NCBI GenBank assembly: GCA_044433245.1
Contig: JAWXTV010000002.1
Location: 1 to 45,312, forward strand
Source of the DNA: Psittacicella sp.
GTDB lineage: Bacteria; Pseudomonadota; Gammaproteobacteria; Enterobacterales; JAWXTV01
Reading direction: 5' to 3'
Length of the DNA stretch: 45,312 nt
In this document: positions 21,899-32,063 of the stretch, piece after piece
How the letters are laid out: the number at the start of each line of letters is the position of its first letter
How positions within the stretch are numbered: the first letter of the stretch is position 1
Notes under the pieces: generated by a model
Told to the model about the DNA's origin: nothing
Databases searched by the model: none
Seen by the model: only the letters and a program-made list of their open reading frames with translations
Program-made: the position numbers and the translations under genes

Positions 21899-22906
21899 TT
21901 GCAAAAACCTTTAAATCCAAAATCTAATTTAATAGATAAAATATCTGTAGCACCTATGCTAGATATAACAACATCTCACTGTAGATATTTTCATAGACTA
22001 TACTCAAAAAATACTACCTTATATACGGAGATGGTAACAACATCAGCTATATTAAACTCTAAGTATGATATTTTAAAATTTAATAAAGAAGAAAATCCTT
22101 TAATTCTTCAAATAGCTGGATCAAACCCAAAAGACTCAAAAGCTTGCGCTAAAATCATTAACTCATTGGGTTATAATGGAATTAATTTAAACCTAGGATG
22201 CCCATCTTTTAAAGTTCAAAACGCTATGATTGGAGCTGTTCTAATGAAGCATAAAGAACTGGTAAAAGAGAATATACTAGCAATAGAAGAGGTGAGCGAT
22301 CTTCCAATTTCTATAAAAGTAAGAACTGGAGTAGATGATTTAACTGGATATCAATTTATACATGATTTTATAGACTATATAGTTAATAATACCAATACCA
22401 ATACTTATATAATACACGCAAGAGATGCTATCTTAAATTTAGACCCAAAATCCAATAGAAGTATTCCAGAACTTGACTATAAAAAAGTCTATAAATTAAA
22501 AGAAGATTTTCCAAATAAAAAAATTATTTTAAATGGCGGAGTTTCTTCAAATCAAGAAATTATAACTCATCTTGAAAAGCTAGATGGAGTTATGCTTGGT
22601 AGAGCTATAGATAAACACCCATCTCTTTTAGGCACTTTTGACAAGGATTTTTTTAATGCTGAAAACTATATAGATTCAGTAGAGGCTGTTTTAAAATATA
22701 TGCCTTACATGGAAAAACATCTAGTTCAAAATACATCAAGGCCAAGCGGACTTCTAAAACCCTTATTAAACGCTTTTAACTCAACTATCTATTCAAAAAA
22801 ATGGCGTAGATTTTTATCTGAAGAAATTATGCACAATAAATCTTTAAAAATTTTAGAATATAGATCAAATATAGAAAACTTTATAAGAAAAAATATATTA
22901 GGATAA
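21899..22906 (+). CDS. dusA: tRNA-dihydrouridine synthase A
   Basis: 335 aa. ISVAPMLDITTSHCRYFHRLYSKNTTLYTEMVTT matches the conserved DusA N-terminus (FSIAPMLDWTDRHCRYF...). No in-frame ATG lies upstream of this motif, so the TTG at 21899 is the likely start. Confidence 0.85.
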   Translation: MQKPLNPKSNLIDKISVAPMLDITTSHCRYFHRLYSKNTTLYTEMVTTSAILNSKYDILKFNKEENPLILQIAGSNPKDSKACAKIINSLGYNGINLNLGCPSFKVQNAMIGAVLMKHKELVKENILAIEEVSDLPISIKVRTGVDDLTGYQFIHDFIDYIVNNTNTNTYIIHARDAILNLDPKSNRSIPELDYKKVYKLKEDFPNKKIILNGGVSSNQEIITHLEKLDGVMLGRAIDKHPSLLGTFDKDFFNAENYIDSVEAVLKYMPYMEKHLVQNTSRPSGLLKPLLNAFNSTIYSKKWRRFLSEEIMHNKSLKILEYRSNIENFIRKNILG

Positions 22907-23018
22907 TAGCAAATATCTAACAGTAGCTACTCTTTAAAATCTATGAATTTAATCATAAATATCATACAATAATTAAAGGATTAAAAATTAATTTTAAATC
23001 AATACTTAGGAGTTTTTA

Positions 23019-25004
23019 ATGGTTAATGCAAATTTACGCGCTAATGCAATTCGTGCATTAGTTATGGACGCAATAGATAAATCAAAATCAGGACATCCAG
23101 GTACACCAATGGGAATGGCTGATATAGCTGAAGTATTATGGCATAATAATATGAACTATAACCCTTCAAATCCAAATTGGATGAATAGAGATAGATTTGT
23201 TTTATCAAATGGTCATGGATCTATGCTTTTATATAGCCTACTTCATTTAACAGGTTTTGATTTATCAATTGAAGATATTAAAAACTTTAGACAACTTCAC
23301 TCTAAAACGCCAGGACACCCAGAATATGGTTATGCTCCAGGAATTGAAACAACTACAGGTCCGTTAGGACAAGGTATTGCTAATGCCGTTGGTATGGCTA
23401 TAGCTGAAAGAACTTTAGCTGCTCAATTTAACAAACCAAATCATGAAATTATAAACCACTATACCTATGCTTTTTTAGGTGATGGCTGTATGATGGAGGG
23501 TGTATCACATGAATCTTGCTCTCTTGCTGGAACTTTAGGTTTAAATAAATTGATAGCTTTCTATGATGATAATGGAATTTCTATTGATGGCGAAGTTAGT
23601 GGCTGGTTTACAGAAGATATCAAAAAACGCTTTGAATCTTATGGATGGAATGTAATTGGAAAAATTGATGGACAAAACTCTGAAGAAATTCAAAAAGCAA
23701 TAGATGAAGCTAAAAAAGAAAATAGCAAACCTACACTAATTATTTGTAAAACAATTATTGGATATGGATCACCAAATAAAGAAGGAACAGAAGCAGTTCA
23801 TGGGGCTCCGCTAGGTGCTGAAGAAAATGCAGCAGCTCGTAAATTCTTAGGTTGGGAATATCCTGCTTTTGAAATTCCAGAAGATATTTATAACTCATGG
23901 AATCATAAAGAAGCTGGCACTAAAGCTGAAGATGAATGGAATGCTAAATTTGAAGCTTATAAAAAAGACTTTCCTATCTTAGCTGAAGAACTATTAAGAA
24001 GAGTTAACTCAGAGCTTCCAAAAGATTGGGAAGAAAAATCTTCTGCATTTATCAAATCTCTTCAAGATAATCCACAAAATATAGCAAGCAGAAAAGCATC
24101 TCAAAACGCTATTATAGCTTACTCTAAAATCTTACCTGAATTTATGGGAGGATCAGCTGATCTTGCTCCATCTAATTTAACCTTATGGCCAGAAGCTAAA
24201 TCTATCAAAGAAAATCTAGATGGAAACTATATTCATTATGGTGTTCGTGAATTTGGTATGAGCGCTATTATGAATGGTATAGCTCTATACAAAGGGTTTA
24301 TCCCGTTTGGTGCTACATTCTTAATGTTTATGGAATATGCAAGAAATGCGATTAGAATGGCTTCATTAATGAAACAAAAAGCTATTTTTGTATATACTCA
24401 TGACTCTATAGGTCTTGGTGAAGATGGTCCAACTCACCAACCAATTGAGCAAATTCCTACCTTAAGATTAGTTCCTAATCTTCAAACTTGGAGACCTGCT
24501 GACCAAGTTGAATCAGCTGCTGCTTGGAAATCTGCTATTGAATATCAAAGTCCTTCTGTTTTAATTTTCTCACGTCAAAATTTAAAACAAATGGATAGAA
24601 ATCAAGAACAATTAAATAATATCTCTAAAGGTGGATACATAATTCATGATTGCGAAGGAACTCCAGATCTTATCATTATAGCAACTGGTTCAGAAGTTGA
24701 ATTAGCAGTAAACACCGCCTTAAATATGAAAGATAAAAAAGTTCGTGTTGTTTCTATGCCTTGTTGCGAAGTATTTGATAAACAAGATATTGCTTACAAA
24801 GAAAGCATTCTTCCATCTAGCGTTATATCTAGAATGGCTATAGAAGCAGGACATAAAGACTATTGGTATAAATATGTTGGCTTAAATGGACAAATTCTTG
24901 GAATTAATAGATTTGGTGAATCAGCTCCTGCTGACTTACTATTTAAAGAGTTTGGATTTACTTTAGAAAATGCAACTAAACTTGCTTATAAAGCTATAAT
25001 CTAA
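23019..25004 (+). CDS. tkt: Transketolase
   Basis: 661 aa, [13 protein letters not shown], the ThDP motif [12 protein letters not shown], and an AGGAG Shine-Dalgarno (SD) sequence upstream. Confidence 0.97.
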   Translation: MVNANLRANAIRALVMDAIDKSKSGHPGTPMGMADIAEVLWHNNMNYNPSNPNWMNRDRFVLSNGHGSMLLYSLLHLTGFDLSIEDIKNFRQLHSKTPGHPEYGYAPGIETTTGPLGQGIANAVGMAIAERTLAAQFNKPNHEIINHYTYAFLGDGCMMEGVSHESCSLAGTLGLNKLIAFYDDNGISIDGEVSGWFTEDIKKRFESYGWNVIGKIDGQNSEEIQKAIDEAKKENSKPTLIICKTIIGYGSPNKEGTEAVHGAPLGAEENAAARKFLGWEYPAFEIPEDIYNSWNHKEAGTKAEDEWNAKFEAYKKDFPILAEELLRRVNSELPKDWEEKSSAFIKSLQDNPQNIASRKASQNAIIAYSKILPEFMGGSADLAPSNLTLWPEAKSIKENLDGNYIHYGVREFGMSAIMNGIALYKGFIPFGATFLMFMEYARNAIRMASLMKQKAIFVYTHDSIGLGEDGPTHQPIEQIPTLRLVPNLQTWRPADQVESAAAWKSAIEYQSPSVLIFSRQNLKQMDRNQEQLNNISKGGYIIHDCEGTPDLIIIATGSEVELAVNTALNMKDKKVRVVSMPCCEVFDKQDIAYKESILPSSVISRMAIEAGHKDYWYKYVGLNGQILGINRFGESAPADLLFKEFGFTLENATKLAYKAII

Positions 25005-25040
25005 TTCTAAAAAATCTATTTTATAACTAGATTTACACAG

Positions 25041-25076
25041 GGTTTACCTTTATTATTAAAGGTAAACCTTTTTTTT
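25041..25076 (+). terminator. Rho-independent terminator of tkt
   Basis: 12-bp perfect stem, ggtttaccttta pairing with taaaggtaaacc, with loop ttat, followed by 8 T. Confidence 0.85.
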
Positions 25077-25105
25077 AACTCTAATTACTAATACAAAAAA
25101 ATTTT

Positions 25106-26281
25106 ATGGATAAAAAATCATGGCTAATTATATTTAGCGTATCTTTTCTTATGGTTAGCTACTCTATAGCTATTGATACCTATACTCCAGCTATACCACT
25201 TTTAATAAAAGTTCTTCACACTACACAAAGTAAAATTCAAAATACACTTAATATTTTTTTTCTAGCTAATGCTTTAGGTGGATTATTTTATGGCGGATTA
25301 TCTGATGCTATAGGAAGAAAAAAAGTATTACTTTTTGGTGCTATAAGCTTTGGAATCACCTCACTATTACTTGCTCAACTACAAAATGTTAATGAGTTTT
25401 TAATATTAAGAGTACTCCAAGGGGTTGGAATAGCGGCTCAAGGTTCTATTACAGGAGCAATTCTAAGAGATGTATTTTCTGGGAAAGACTTCGCAAAAGC
25501 TTCAGCTTTCTCATCAGCAATATTTATGATTGCTCCAACTTTTGCTCCAACTTTTGGTGGAATTCTTATAACTTATTTAGGATGGAGATCAATATTTTAT
25601 GCTATGGCAATATTTTCTATATTAACTCTTGCTCTAATTATATTTATAATTCCTGAAACACTACCAAAAGAGAAAAGAACTTCACTAAATATAAAATCTA
25701 TACTCATAAATACAAAAGATGTCTTAAAAGAACGAGATATTTTAGCTTGTATAGTAGGAAGTTATTTAACTAGTGCTAGCTTTTTCGTATTCCTAACTGA
25801 TGGCTCTATTATTATTATAGATATTTTTCATAAAACACCTTTATACTTTGGATATTACTTTGGATTTTTTGCAATCTTAATAGCTCTTTCTAGCCTATCT
25901 ACAGGAATTCTTGCCAAAAAAATGAGTCTTGTAAAAATGATGGAATATGGTTTTATTGTAAGAAATATAGGTGGTATATTTTTAGTGTTAACAAGTCTTT
26001 TTTACCCAACTCTCTTAATGTTAACAATTGGACTTGCTATTTTTATAATTCCAGGAAGTTTCATAATGACAGCTTCTCAAACTATTGTTATGGATAAATA
26101 TCCTCACATGGCTGGAACGGTAAGTTCTATACTGTGGTTTGTAGGAACTGTTATTATGGTTGGAGCTCTTGCTATTATAAGCTTATTAAATATAAAAAGC
26201 TTTTATGATATGGCAATGCCAATGCTAATTACAACTACTCTTGGATTTGCTTTCTATTTGATTTATAGAAAAAAATCTTAA
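25106..26281 (+). CDS. MFS transporter, Bcr/CflA-like drug-resistance subfamily
   Basis: 391 aa, about 12 TM stretches by eye, with the MFS loop motif GGLSDAIGRKKVLL. Confidence 0.8.
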   Translation: MDKKSWLIIFSVSFLMVSYSIAIDTYTPAIPLLIKVLHTTQSKIQNTLNIFFLANALGGLFYGGLSDAIGRKKVLLFGAISFGITSLLLAQLQNVNEFLILRVLQGVGIAAQGSITGAILRDVFSGKDFAKASAFSSAIFMIAPTFAPTFGGILITYLGWRSIFYAMAIFSILTLALIIFIIPETLPKEKRTSLNIKSILINTKDVLKERDILACIVGSYLTSASFFVFLTDGSIIIIDIFHKTPLYFGYYFGFFAILIALSSLSTGILAKKMSLVKMMEYGFIVRNIGGIFLVLTSLFYPTLLMLTIGLAIFIIPGSFIMTASQTIVMDKYPHMAGTVSSILWFVGTVIMVGALAIISLLNIKSFYDMAMPMLITTTLGFAFYLIYRKKS

Positions 26282-26288
26282 AATTTAT

Positions 26289-26317
26289 AACTTCATAAAT
26301 TTTACATTTATGAAGTT
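26289..26317. terminator. Hairpin between the convergent MFS and udp genes (possible bidirectional terminator)
   Basis: 12-bp stem, aacttcataaat pairing with atttatgaagtt, with a 5-nt loop. The flanking U-tracts are only moderate. Confidence 0.5.
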
Positions 26318-26324
26318 TAATATT

Positions 26325-27089
26325 TTAAATTAAATAATCTAAAGCTTTAATTCCTATAGCTATAATACTTTCTTCTACTTTAGATACAACAGCCTCATCT
26401 GGAGTTTCTCCCATAGCATTTCTATTAATTAATACTCCAGCTATCATAGCAGCTTTAAGGCCTAATGTTGAACAAGCTGTATATAAAGTAGCCGACTCCA
26501 TTTCGTAATTTAAAACATTAAGCTTTTTAAATTCTTTTAAAAGTCCTTGATAATCTTTTCTCACATACCCAGAAAAAGTATCATATCTTTCCTGACCTGG
26601 ATAAAAAGTATCAGAAGAAGCTGTTATTCCCATATGAATATTTTTAGAGTTTAAAACTTGATTTGCACTTTTAGATAAAGCACTCAAACACTCAAAATTA
26701 GCTACTGCTGGATATGCTAAAGGTGCAAAATGTAAACTAGCTCCATCAAGCCTTACTGAAGCTGTTGTTATAATTACATCTCCTATTGCAACATTTTTAG
26801 AAATAGCTCCTGTTGTTCCTAATCTTAAAAATGTTTTAATTCCAATTTCTGCAAGCTCTTCAACAACTATAGATGTAGAAGGACCCCCAATTCCTGTTGA
26901 ACATACAACTATAGGGGTACCATTTCTAAATCCTAAATAACTTGAAAATTCTCTATTTGCTGCTAAAAATTCCATACCATCCAAGCTAGAGGCTATCTCT
27001 TTTGCTCTTGCTGGATCTCCAGGAATTAAAGCTATAGATGCACCTTTAATCATTTCTTTATTAATTTTTAAATGAAATTGTAAACTCAT
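26325..27089 (-). CDS. udp: Uridine phosphorylase
   Basis: 254 aa. It is closely colinear with E. coli Udp (PGDPARAKEIA, VCSTGIGGPSTSIVVEEL, TTASVRLDGASLHFAP, SSDTFYPGQERYDT, NYEMESATL). Confidence 0.9.
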   Translation of the reverse strand: MSLQFHLKINKEMIKGASIALIPGDPARAKEIASSLDGMEFLAANREFSSYLGFRNGTPIVVCSTGIGGPSTSIVVEELAEIGIKTFLRLGTTGAISKNVAIGDVIITTASVRLDGASLHFAPLAYPAVANFECLSALSKSANQVLNSKNIHMGITASSDTFYPGQERYDTFSGYVRKDYQGLLKEFKKLNVLNYEMESATLYTACSTLGLKAAMIAGVLINRNAMGETPDEAVVSKVEESIIAIGIKALDYLI

Positions 27090-27114
27090 AAATTTCTCCT
27101 AAAATTTAAAACAC

Positions 27115-27576
27115 TTAAGGTTTTATATTTCTCAAAACTAAATTATTCATTGAAAAAATTGGTTCTAACTGATCTATTTCAGGCTTTTTCTCTAAACTTT
27201 CTAAAAAGTTATAACATAAATTTAGGTCTGTAAAAGCAAGCTTTGCAAATATAGAAAATTTACCAACTGTATGATGCATATCAATAATACACTCTTCATC
27301 TTGTAAATCTTTCAAAACTTGCTCACAATCTGATAATTTTTTTAAGGTAATACCTAAAAAACATATCATATTATAACCAATCTTTTTTATATCTACTCTA
27401 GCTACAATTTCTTTTATAATTTTATACTTACGCATTTTTTCAATTCGCACATGTATAGTACCTAAACTTACTCCAAAATTTTTAGCCATCTCAGTATATG
27501 GCACTCTTGCATCTTCAGTTAAAACTCTTAGAATTTGACGATCTAAATCATCAATTTTATATTCAGCATCTACCAT
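27115..27576 (-). CDS. Lrp/AsnC family transcriptional regulator
   Basis: 153 aa. It has an N-terminal helix-turn-helix (HTH) region (LDRQILRVLTEDARVPYTEMAKNFGVSLGTIHVRIEKM) plus a C-terminal RAM-like domain. It ends 25 nt upstream of udp on the same strand. Confidence 0.85.
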   Translation of the reverse strand: MVDAEYKIDDLDRQILRVLTEDARVPYTEMAKNFGVSLGTIHVRIEKMRKYKIIKEIVARVDIKKIGYNMICFLGITLKKLSDCEQVLKDLQDEECIIDMHHTVGKFSIFAKLAFTDLNLCYNFLESLEKKPEIDQLEPIFSMNNLVLRNIKP

Positions 27577-27610
27577 TATTATTTAACTTATTTTTATAAT
27601 ATTAAATCTA

Positions 27611-27645
27611 AAAAATAAAAGGAAGCCAAAATTAGCTTCCTTTTT
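27611..27645 (-). terminator. Rho-independent terminator of the aldolase gene
   Basis: The minus strand has stem aaaaggaagc pairing with gcttcctttt with an 8-nt loop, followed by tattttttag. Confidence 0.7.
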
Positions 27646-27669
27646 ATGCTTAAACTAAAAAAATTAAGA

Positions 27670-28554
27670 TTAGATAGAAGCTCTATAGATTAAATCAATA
27701 GAATCACCTAAAGCTTTTTCAAATTCTTCATCAGTTTGTTGAGCTTTTAAACCCTCTAATAGAGCTCTTGAATAACTTGCAATAATTCCTTTATTTTCAG
27801 ATAAAATTTCACAAGCTTCAACTCTTGGGTAACCACCAGATAAAGCAACAACACGCACAACTTGTGGGTGATTTACTAATACATCATAAAAACCAGCTTC
27901 TAAAGGAAGAGAAAGTTTTAGCATAACAAATTTATCTTTTGGTAATTTGTTTAAATGAGCTAATAAAGAATCGCGCAACATTACTTCAGCTTCTTTACGA
28001 GTAGCGCTATGAATATTAATTTCTGGCTCAATAATTGGAACTAGGCCTTGCCCAATAATTGTATCACCAACTTCAAATTGTTGAGCAACAACATCTTCGA
28101 TTCCTTGAGCATTTGCTTCTAAAATATAAGAACGCATTTTAGTTCCAAAAACTCCTTGAGCTTTAGCTGCTTGAAGAGTTTCAACTAATCCTGGAATATC
28201 TTTCATCATTTGAACATCGTTTACTTTATCAGCTAAACCTTTATCAATTTTTAAAAAAGGAACAATTTTCTTTTGATTCCATAAATATGTAGCAGTAGGA
28301 ACACCGTCTACAGTATCATTTAATGTGTTTTCAAATAAAATAACACCTAAGATCTTTTCTTCTGTAAAAGATTTAGCAGTCATAATACGTTTACGCATAT
28401 TATGAATTAATGTGAACATTTCAGTTTCAGAAGACCAAGCGTCTGAGTTTAAACCGTACAAAGCTAATGTATTTGCACTGCTTCCACCACTTTGGTCTAA
28501 AGCAGCAATGAAACCTTTAGTTAATTTTACTTTTTCAAATTGTTCATTAAACAT
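27670..28554 (-). CDS. fda: Class I (Schiff-base) fructose-bisphosphate aldolase, staphylococcal Fda type
   Basis: 294 aa. It is colinear, as I recall the sequence, with the roughly 296-aa Gram-positive class I Fda (KGFIAALDQSGGS, VPFLKVDKGL, FGTKMRS, VPIIEPE, VVALSGGY). Confidence 0.88.
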   Translation of the reverse strand: MFNEQFEKVKLTKGFIAALDQSGGSSANTLALYGLNSDAWSSETEMFTLIHNMRKRIMTAKSFTEEKILGVILFENTLNDTVDGVPTATYLWNQKKIVPFLKIDKGLADKVNDVQMMKDIPGLVETLQAAKAQGVFGTKMRSYILEANAQGIEDVVAQQFEVGDTIIGQGLVPIIEPEINIHSATRKEAEVMLRDSLLAHLNKLPKDKFVMLKLSLPLEAGFYDVLVNHPQVVRVVALSGGYPRVEACEILSENKGIIASYSRALLEGLKAQQTDEEFEKALGDSIDLIYRASI

Positions 28555-28600
28555 AATTTTACCTTTAAATATTTAAATTTAAATTTAAATAAGCTTATAA

Positions 28601-28616
28601 TATATTTAAAACTTAT
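28601..28616. repeat. 16-nt direct repeat, copy 1 (fda/glmU intergenic region)
   Basis: tatatttaaaacttat, identical to 28675-28690. Confidence 0.6.
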
Positions 28617-28674
28617 TTAAATTTCTGAAACACAGCCAGTAGTACAATATATTGTTATTATACTATAGTTAAAT

Positions 28675-28690
28675 TATATTTAAAACTTAT
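28675..28690. repeat. 16-nt direct repeat, copy 2 (ends 7 nt before the glmU ATG)
   Basis: tatatttaaaacttat, identical to 28601-28616. Confidence 0.6.
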
Positions 28691-28697
28691 AAAATAT

Positions 28698-30068
28698 ATG
28701 AAAGAAAATCTAAACATTATTATTCTAGCAGCAGGACAAGGGAAAAGACTTAATTCAGAGCTTCCAAAGCCTCTTAATACTCTAGCAAAAAAACCATTTA
28801 TATTTTACATATTAGAAACAGCTATTAAAATGAATCCTGATAATATTTATATAATTAAAGGATATATGGGAAATATACTTGAAAATGCTGTAACCCTTCA
28901 CTTCCCTGATATAAAAATTAGTTGGATAGAACAAAAAGAAACTTTAGGTACAGCTCATGCTGTAAAACTAGCTTCAGACAAAATTACTCCAACTGGAAAT
29001 ACTTTAATTTTATATGGAGATATACCCTTAATTGGAGAAAAAATACTAAATTCTTTAGTTCTTAGCAATAATAATTACTCTTTATCAATTCTTACTTGTA
29101 AAATTAATAATCCTAAAGGCTATGGTCGTATTGTTAGAAAAAATAATAGAATAAAATCAATTGTAGAAGAAAAAGATGCTTCAATTGAGGAAAAGCTAAT
29201 TAGTGAAATTAATACTGGTATTATGATTATAAGTTCTAAAGTTTTAATTTCACTAATTGGTAAAATTAACAATAATAATGCTCAAAAAGAATATTACTTA
29301 ACAGATATAGTAGATCTTATAGATAATAACAAAATTAATTCAGTAACAACTGATGATGAAATGCAAATATCCGGTATTAACACCATGGAACAGCTAGCAG
29401 ATCTTGAAATACTTCACCAAAAAAGAACTAGATCTAAGCTTGCTAAAAATGGTATTCATATGGTTGATAAAAATAGCCTTTATATTTTTGGAGATATTGA
29501 ACATAAAAAGGACATTTTTATAGAACCAAATGTTGTTCTTGAAAATGTATCTCTTGAATCAAACATAAAAATAGGATTTGGATCAGTTATAAAAAACTCA
29601 ACCATTAAATCAAATACTATAATTCATCCGTATAGCATTATTGATAACTCAGAAATTGAAGAAAGTGTAAATATAGGACCTTTCTCAAGATTAAGACCTG
29701 GGTCAAAATTACAAAGAGGTTCAAAAGTTGGAAATTTTGTTGAAATTAAAAATTCTACAATAAAAGAAAGTTCAAAGATAAGCCACTTAAGTTATATTGG
29801 TGATTCAAAAATTGGATCAAACACTAATATTGGAGCTGGAACTATTACGTGCAATTATGATGGAGAAAATAAATTCGAAACAAATATCGGAGATAACTCT
29901 TTTATTGGATCTAATACAACACTAATAGCTCCAGTCTCAGTTGGCAATAACTCATTTGTAGCAGCAGGGTCTGTAATTTCAAAAAATATAAAGTCAAATG
30001 AATTTGGAATTACAAGAACTCAACAAGTTAATAAATTAAACAAAAAGGCATACAATGAAAATAATTAA
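28698..30068 (+). CDS. glmU: Bifunctional GlcNAc-1-P uridylyltransferase / GlcN-1-P acetyltransferase
   Basis: 456 aa. It has the N-terminal nucleotidyltransferase motif [11 protein letters not shown] and C-terminal left-handed beta-helix hexapeptide repeats. Confidence 0.93.
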   Translation: MKENLNIIILAAGQGKRLNSELPKPLNTLAKKPFIFYILETAIKMNPDNIYIIKGYMGNILENAVTLHFPDIKISWIEQKETLGTAHAVKLASDKITPTGNTLILYGDIPLIGEKILNSLVLSNNNYSLSILTCKINNPKGYGRIVRKNNRIKSIVEEKDASIEEKLISEINTGIMIISSKVLISLIGKINNNNAQKEYYLTDIVDLIDNNKINSVTTDDEMQISGINTMEQLADLEILHQKRTRSKLAKNGIHMVDKNSLYIFGDIEHKKDIFIEPNVVLENVSLESNIKIGFGSVIKNSTIKSNTIIHPYSIIDNSEIEESVNIGPFSRLRPGSKLQRGSKVGNFVEIKNSTIKESSKISHLSYIGDSKIGSNTNIGAGTITCNYDGENKFETNIGDNSFIGSNTTLIAPVSVGNNSFVAAGSVISKNIKSNEFGITRTQQVNKLNKKAYNENN

Positions 30069-30738
30069 TAAAAAATTTCTTATAGCTCCCTCTATTTTAT
30101 CAGCTAATCTTGCAGATCTTGGAAATGATATCAATAAAGTATTAGATGCAGGGGGAGATGTTATTCATTTTGATGTGATGGATAATCACTATGTTCCTAA
30201 CTTAACTTTTGGAGCTCCAATTTGTAAAGCTTTAAGAGATTTTGGAATAACTGCTCCAATTGATGTTCATATTATGGCAGAACCTGTTGATAGCTTAATT
30301 GAGCAATTTGGAAAAAGTGGTGCTACAAGCATAAGTATCCACCCTGAAACTACTAAACACTTAGACAGAAGTATTGAGCTTATCAAATCCTTTGGATGTC
30401 ATGCTGGAATTGTTTTAAATCCAGCAACCCCCTTAAATATATTGGACTATATTTTAGATAAAGTTGATATAGTATTAGTTATGAGTGTTAATCCAGGGTT
30501 CGGTGGACAAAGCTTTATTCCTCATACTTTAGAAAAAATAAAATCTATCAAAGAACTAATTAACAAAAAAAATCTATCAGTAAGAATTGAAGTAGATGGT
30601 GGTATTAAAGTTTCAAATATTGCAGCAATAGCAGAAGCTGGAGCTGATATGTTTGTATCCGGCTCTGGAATTTTCTCTACTCCTAACTATAAAGAAACTA
30701 TAGATAATATGAGATCTGAACTTTCTAAAGTTCAGTAA
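30055..30738 (+). CDS. rpe: Ribulose-phosphate 3-epimerase
   Basis: 227 aa, [39 protein letters not shown]. It overlaps glmU by 14 nt. Confidence 0.95.
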   Translation: MKIINKKFLIAPSILSANLADLGNDINKVLDAGGDVIHFDVMDNHYVPNLTFGAPICKALRDFGITAPIDVHIMAEPVDSLIEQFGKSGATSISIHPETTKHLDRSIELIKSFGCHAGIVLNPATPLNILDYILDKVDIVLVMSVNPGFGGQSFIPHTLEKIKSIKELINKKNLSVRIEVDGGIKVSNIAAIAEAGADMFVSGSGIFSTPNYKETIDNMRSELSKVQ

Positions 30739-30784
30739 ATTTAAAATAATAAAATTTATTTAAACTTTTATATAGGATCAAAAT

Positions 30785-31789
30785 ATGAAAAAAGAGAATA
30801 TTATCTTTAGTGGTATACAACCGTCTGGTGAATTAACTCTTGGAAATTATTTAGGAGCATTAAGAAATTGGATAGAAATGCAAGAAAATAATAACTGTAC
30901 TTTTTGTATAGTAGATCTTCACGCTATAACTGTAAAACAAGATCCAAAACTATTAAAATCTAGAGTTTTAGATATTTTATCCATATATCTAGCATCAGGA
31001 CTTGATCCAAATAAATGTACTATATTTTTACAATCTCAAGTTAGTGAACACTCTGAACTCGCCTGGATTTTATCTTGCAATACCTATTTTGGTGAAATGT
31101 CTAGAATGACTCAATTTAAAGATAAATCTACCAAACACTCTAACAATATTAATGTTGGGTTATTTACATACCCAATACTTATGGCTAGTGATATCTTACT
31201 ATATAGCGCATCTCAAGTTCCAGTTGGAATAGATCAAAAGCAACACTTAGAAATAACAAGAGATATAGCAACTAGATTTAATAAAAATTATGGAGATATT
31301 TTTAAAGTTCCAGAACCCTATATAAGTACAACTGGCGCCAAAATCATGTCATTAGCTGACCCATCTAAAAAAATGAGCAAATCTGATGATAATGAAAATA
31401 GCCTAATTAGATTCCTAGATGATAGAAAAACTATAGTTAAAAAACTTAAGAAAGCTGTCACAGATTCTGATAATCCAGCAAAAATATATTTTAATTTAGA
31501 AGAAAAACCAGGTGTTAGCAATCTTCTAAATATTGCAGCATCTATTAGCAATAAATCTGTTAAAGAATTAAGCGATCATTTTAAAGAGTATACTCAATAT
31601 GGAAAATTTAAAGAGGAAATTGCAAATATAATAGCAGATCATCTAGAGCCTATTCAAGAAAGATACTATAAAATAAGACAAAACGAATCTTATTTATACT
31701 CAGTTTTAGAAGATGGCGCTAAAAAAGCAAAATTTATTGCCCAAAATAAATTAAATGAAGTAAAAAAATCTTTGGGTCTTGGATTTTAA
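30785..31789 (+). CDS. trpS: Tryptophanyl-tRNA synthetase
   Basis: 334 aa. It is class I, with a HIGH-like region (GELTLGNYLGA) and an exact KMSKS motif. Confidence 0.97.
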   Translation: MKKENIIFSGIQPSGELTLGNYLGALRNWIEMQENNNCTFCIVDLHAITVKQDPKLLKSRVLDILSIYLASGLDPNKCTIFLQSQVSEHSELAWILSCNTYFGEMSRMTQFKDKSTKHSNNINVGLFTYPILMASDILLYSASQVPVGIDQKQHLEITRDIATRFNKNYGDIFKVPEPYISTTGAKIMSLADPSKKMSKSDDNENSLIRFLDDRKTIVKKLKKAVTDSDNPAKIYFNLEEKPGVSNLLNIAASISNKSVKELSDHFKEYTQYGKFKEEIANIIADHLEPIQERYYKIRQNESYLYSVLEDGAKKAKFIAQNKLNEVKKSLGLGF

Positions 31790-31998
31790 TTTAACCCATA
31801 ATTTTTTAATACTTATCCTACTTATTATATTAGGCATATTTAAAAGTATTATTAATTTTTTATTTCAGCTGCTTTTAGTGGATTTATATTATTGATAATA
31901 ATTACTTTTATTTTAGTGCCTATTATTTTAGGAATTATTATATATAACCTTGTATAAAACTTAAAAAAGTAAGTTCTTATCTCTTATAAAACTAAAAA

Positions 31999-32031
31999 GC
32001 TAGTTAAATCTTTCTAAAGTATTTAACTAGC
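31999..32031 (-). terminator. Candidate terminator of glnA
   Basis: 11-bp stem, gctagttaaat pairing with atttaactagc, with an 11-nt loop. On the minus strand it is followed by ctttttagtttt. Confidence 0.5.
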
Positions 32032-32063
32032 ATTATTATTTTAACTAAGCAATTTAAATTAGA

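Noticed and set aside
31318-31551. 77-aa minus-strand ORF
   Set aside because: It is antisense inside trpS.
31856-31957. 33-codon hydrophobic open frame (FFISAAFSGFILLIIITFILVPIILGIIIYNLV*) in the trpS-glnA spacer
   Set aside because: It has no ATG or GTG near its start (only ATT, or a late TTG) and no SD sequence. Its composition matches the AT-rich spacer. An open stretch of this length is expected by chance several times in a window this size.
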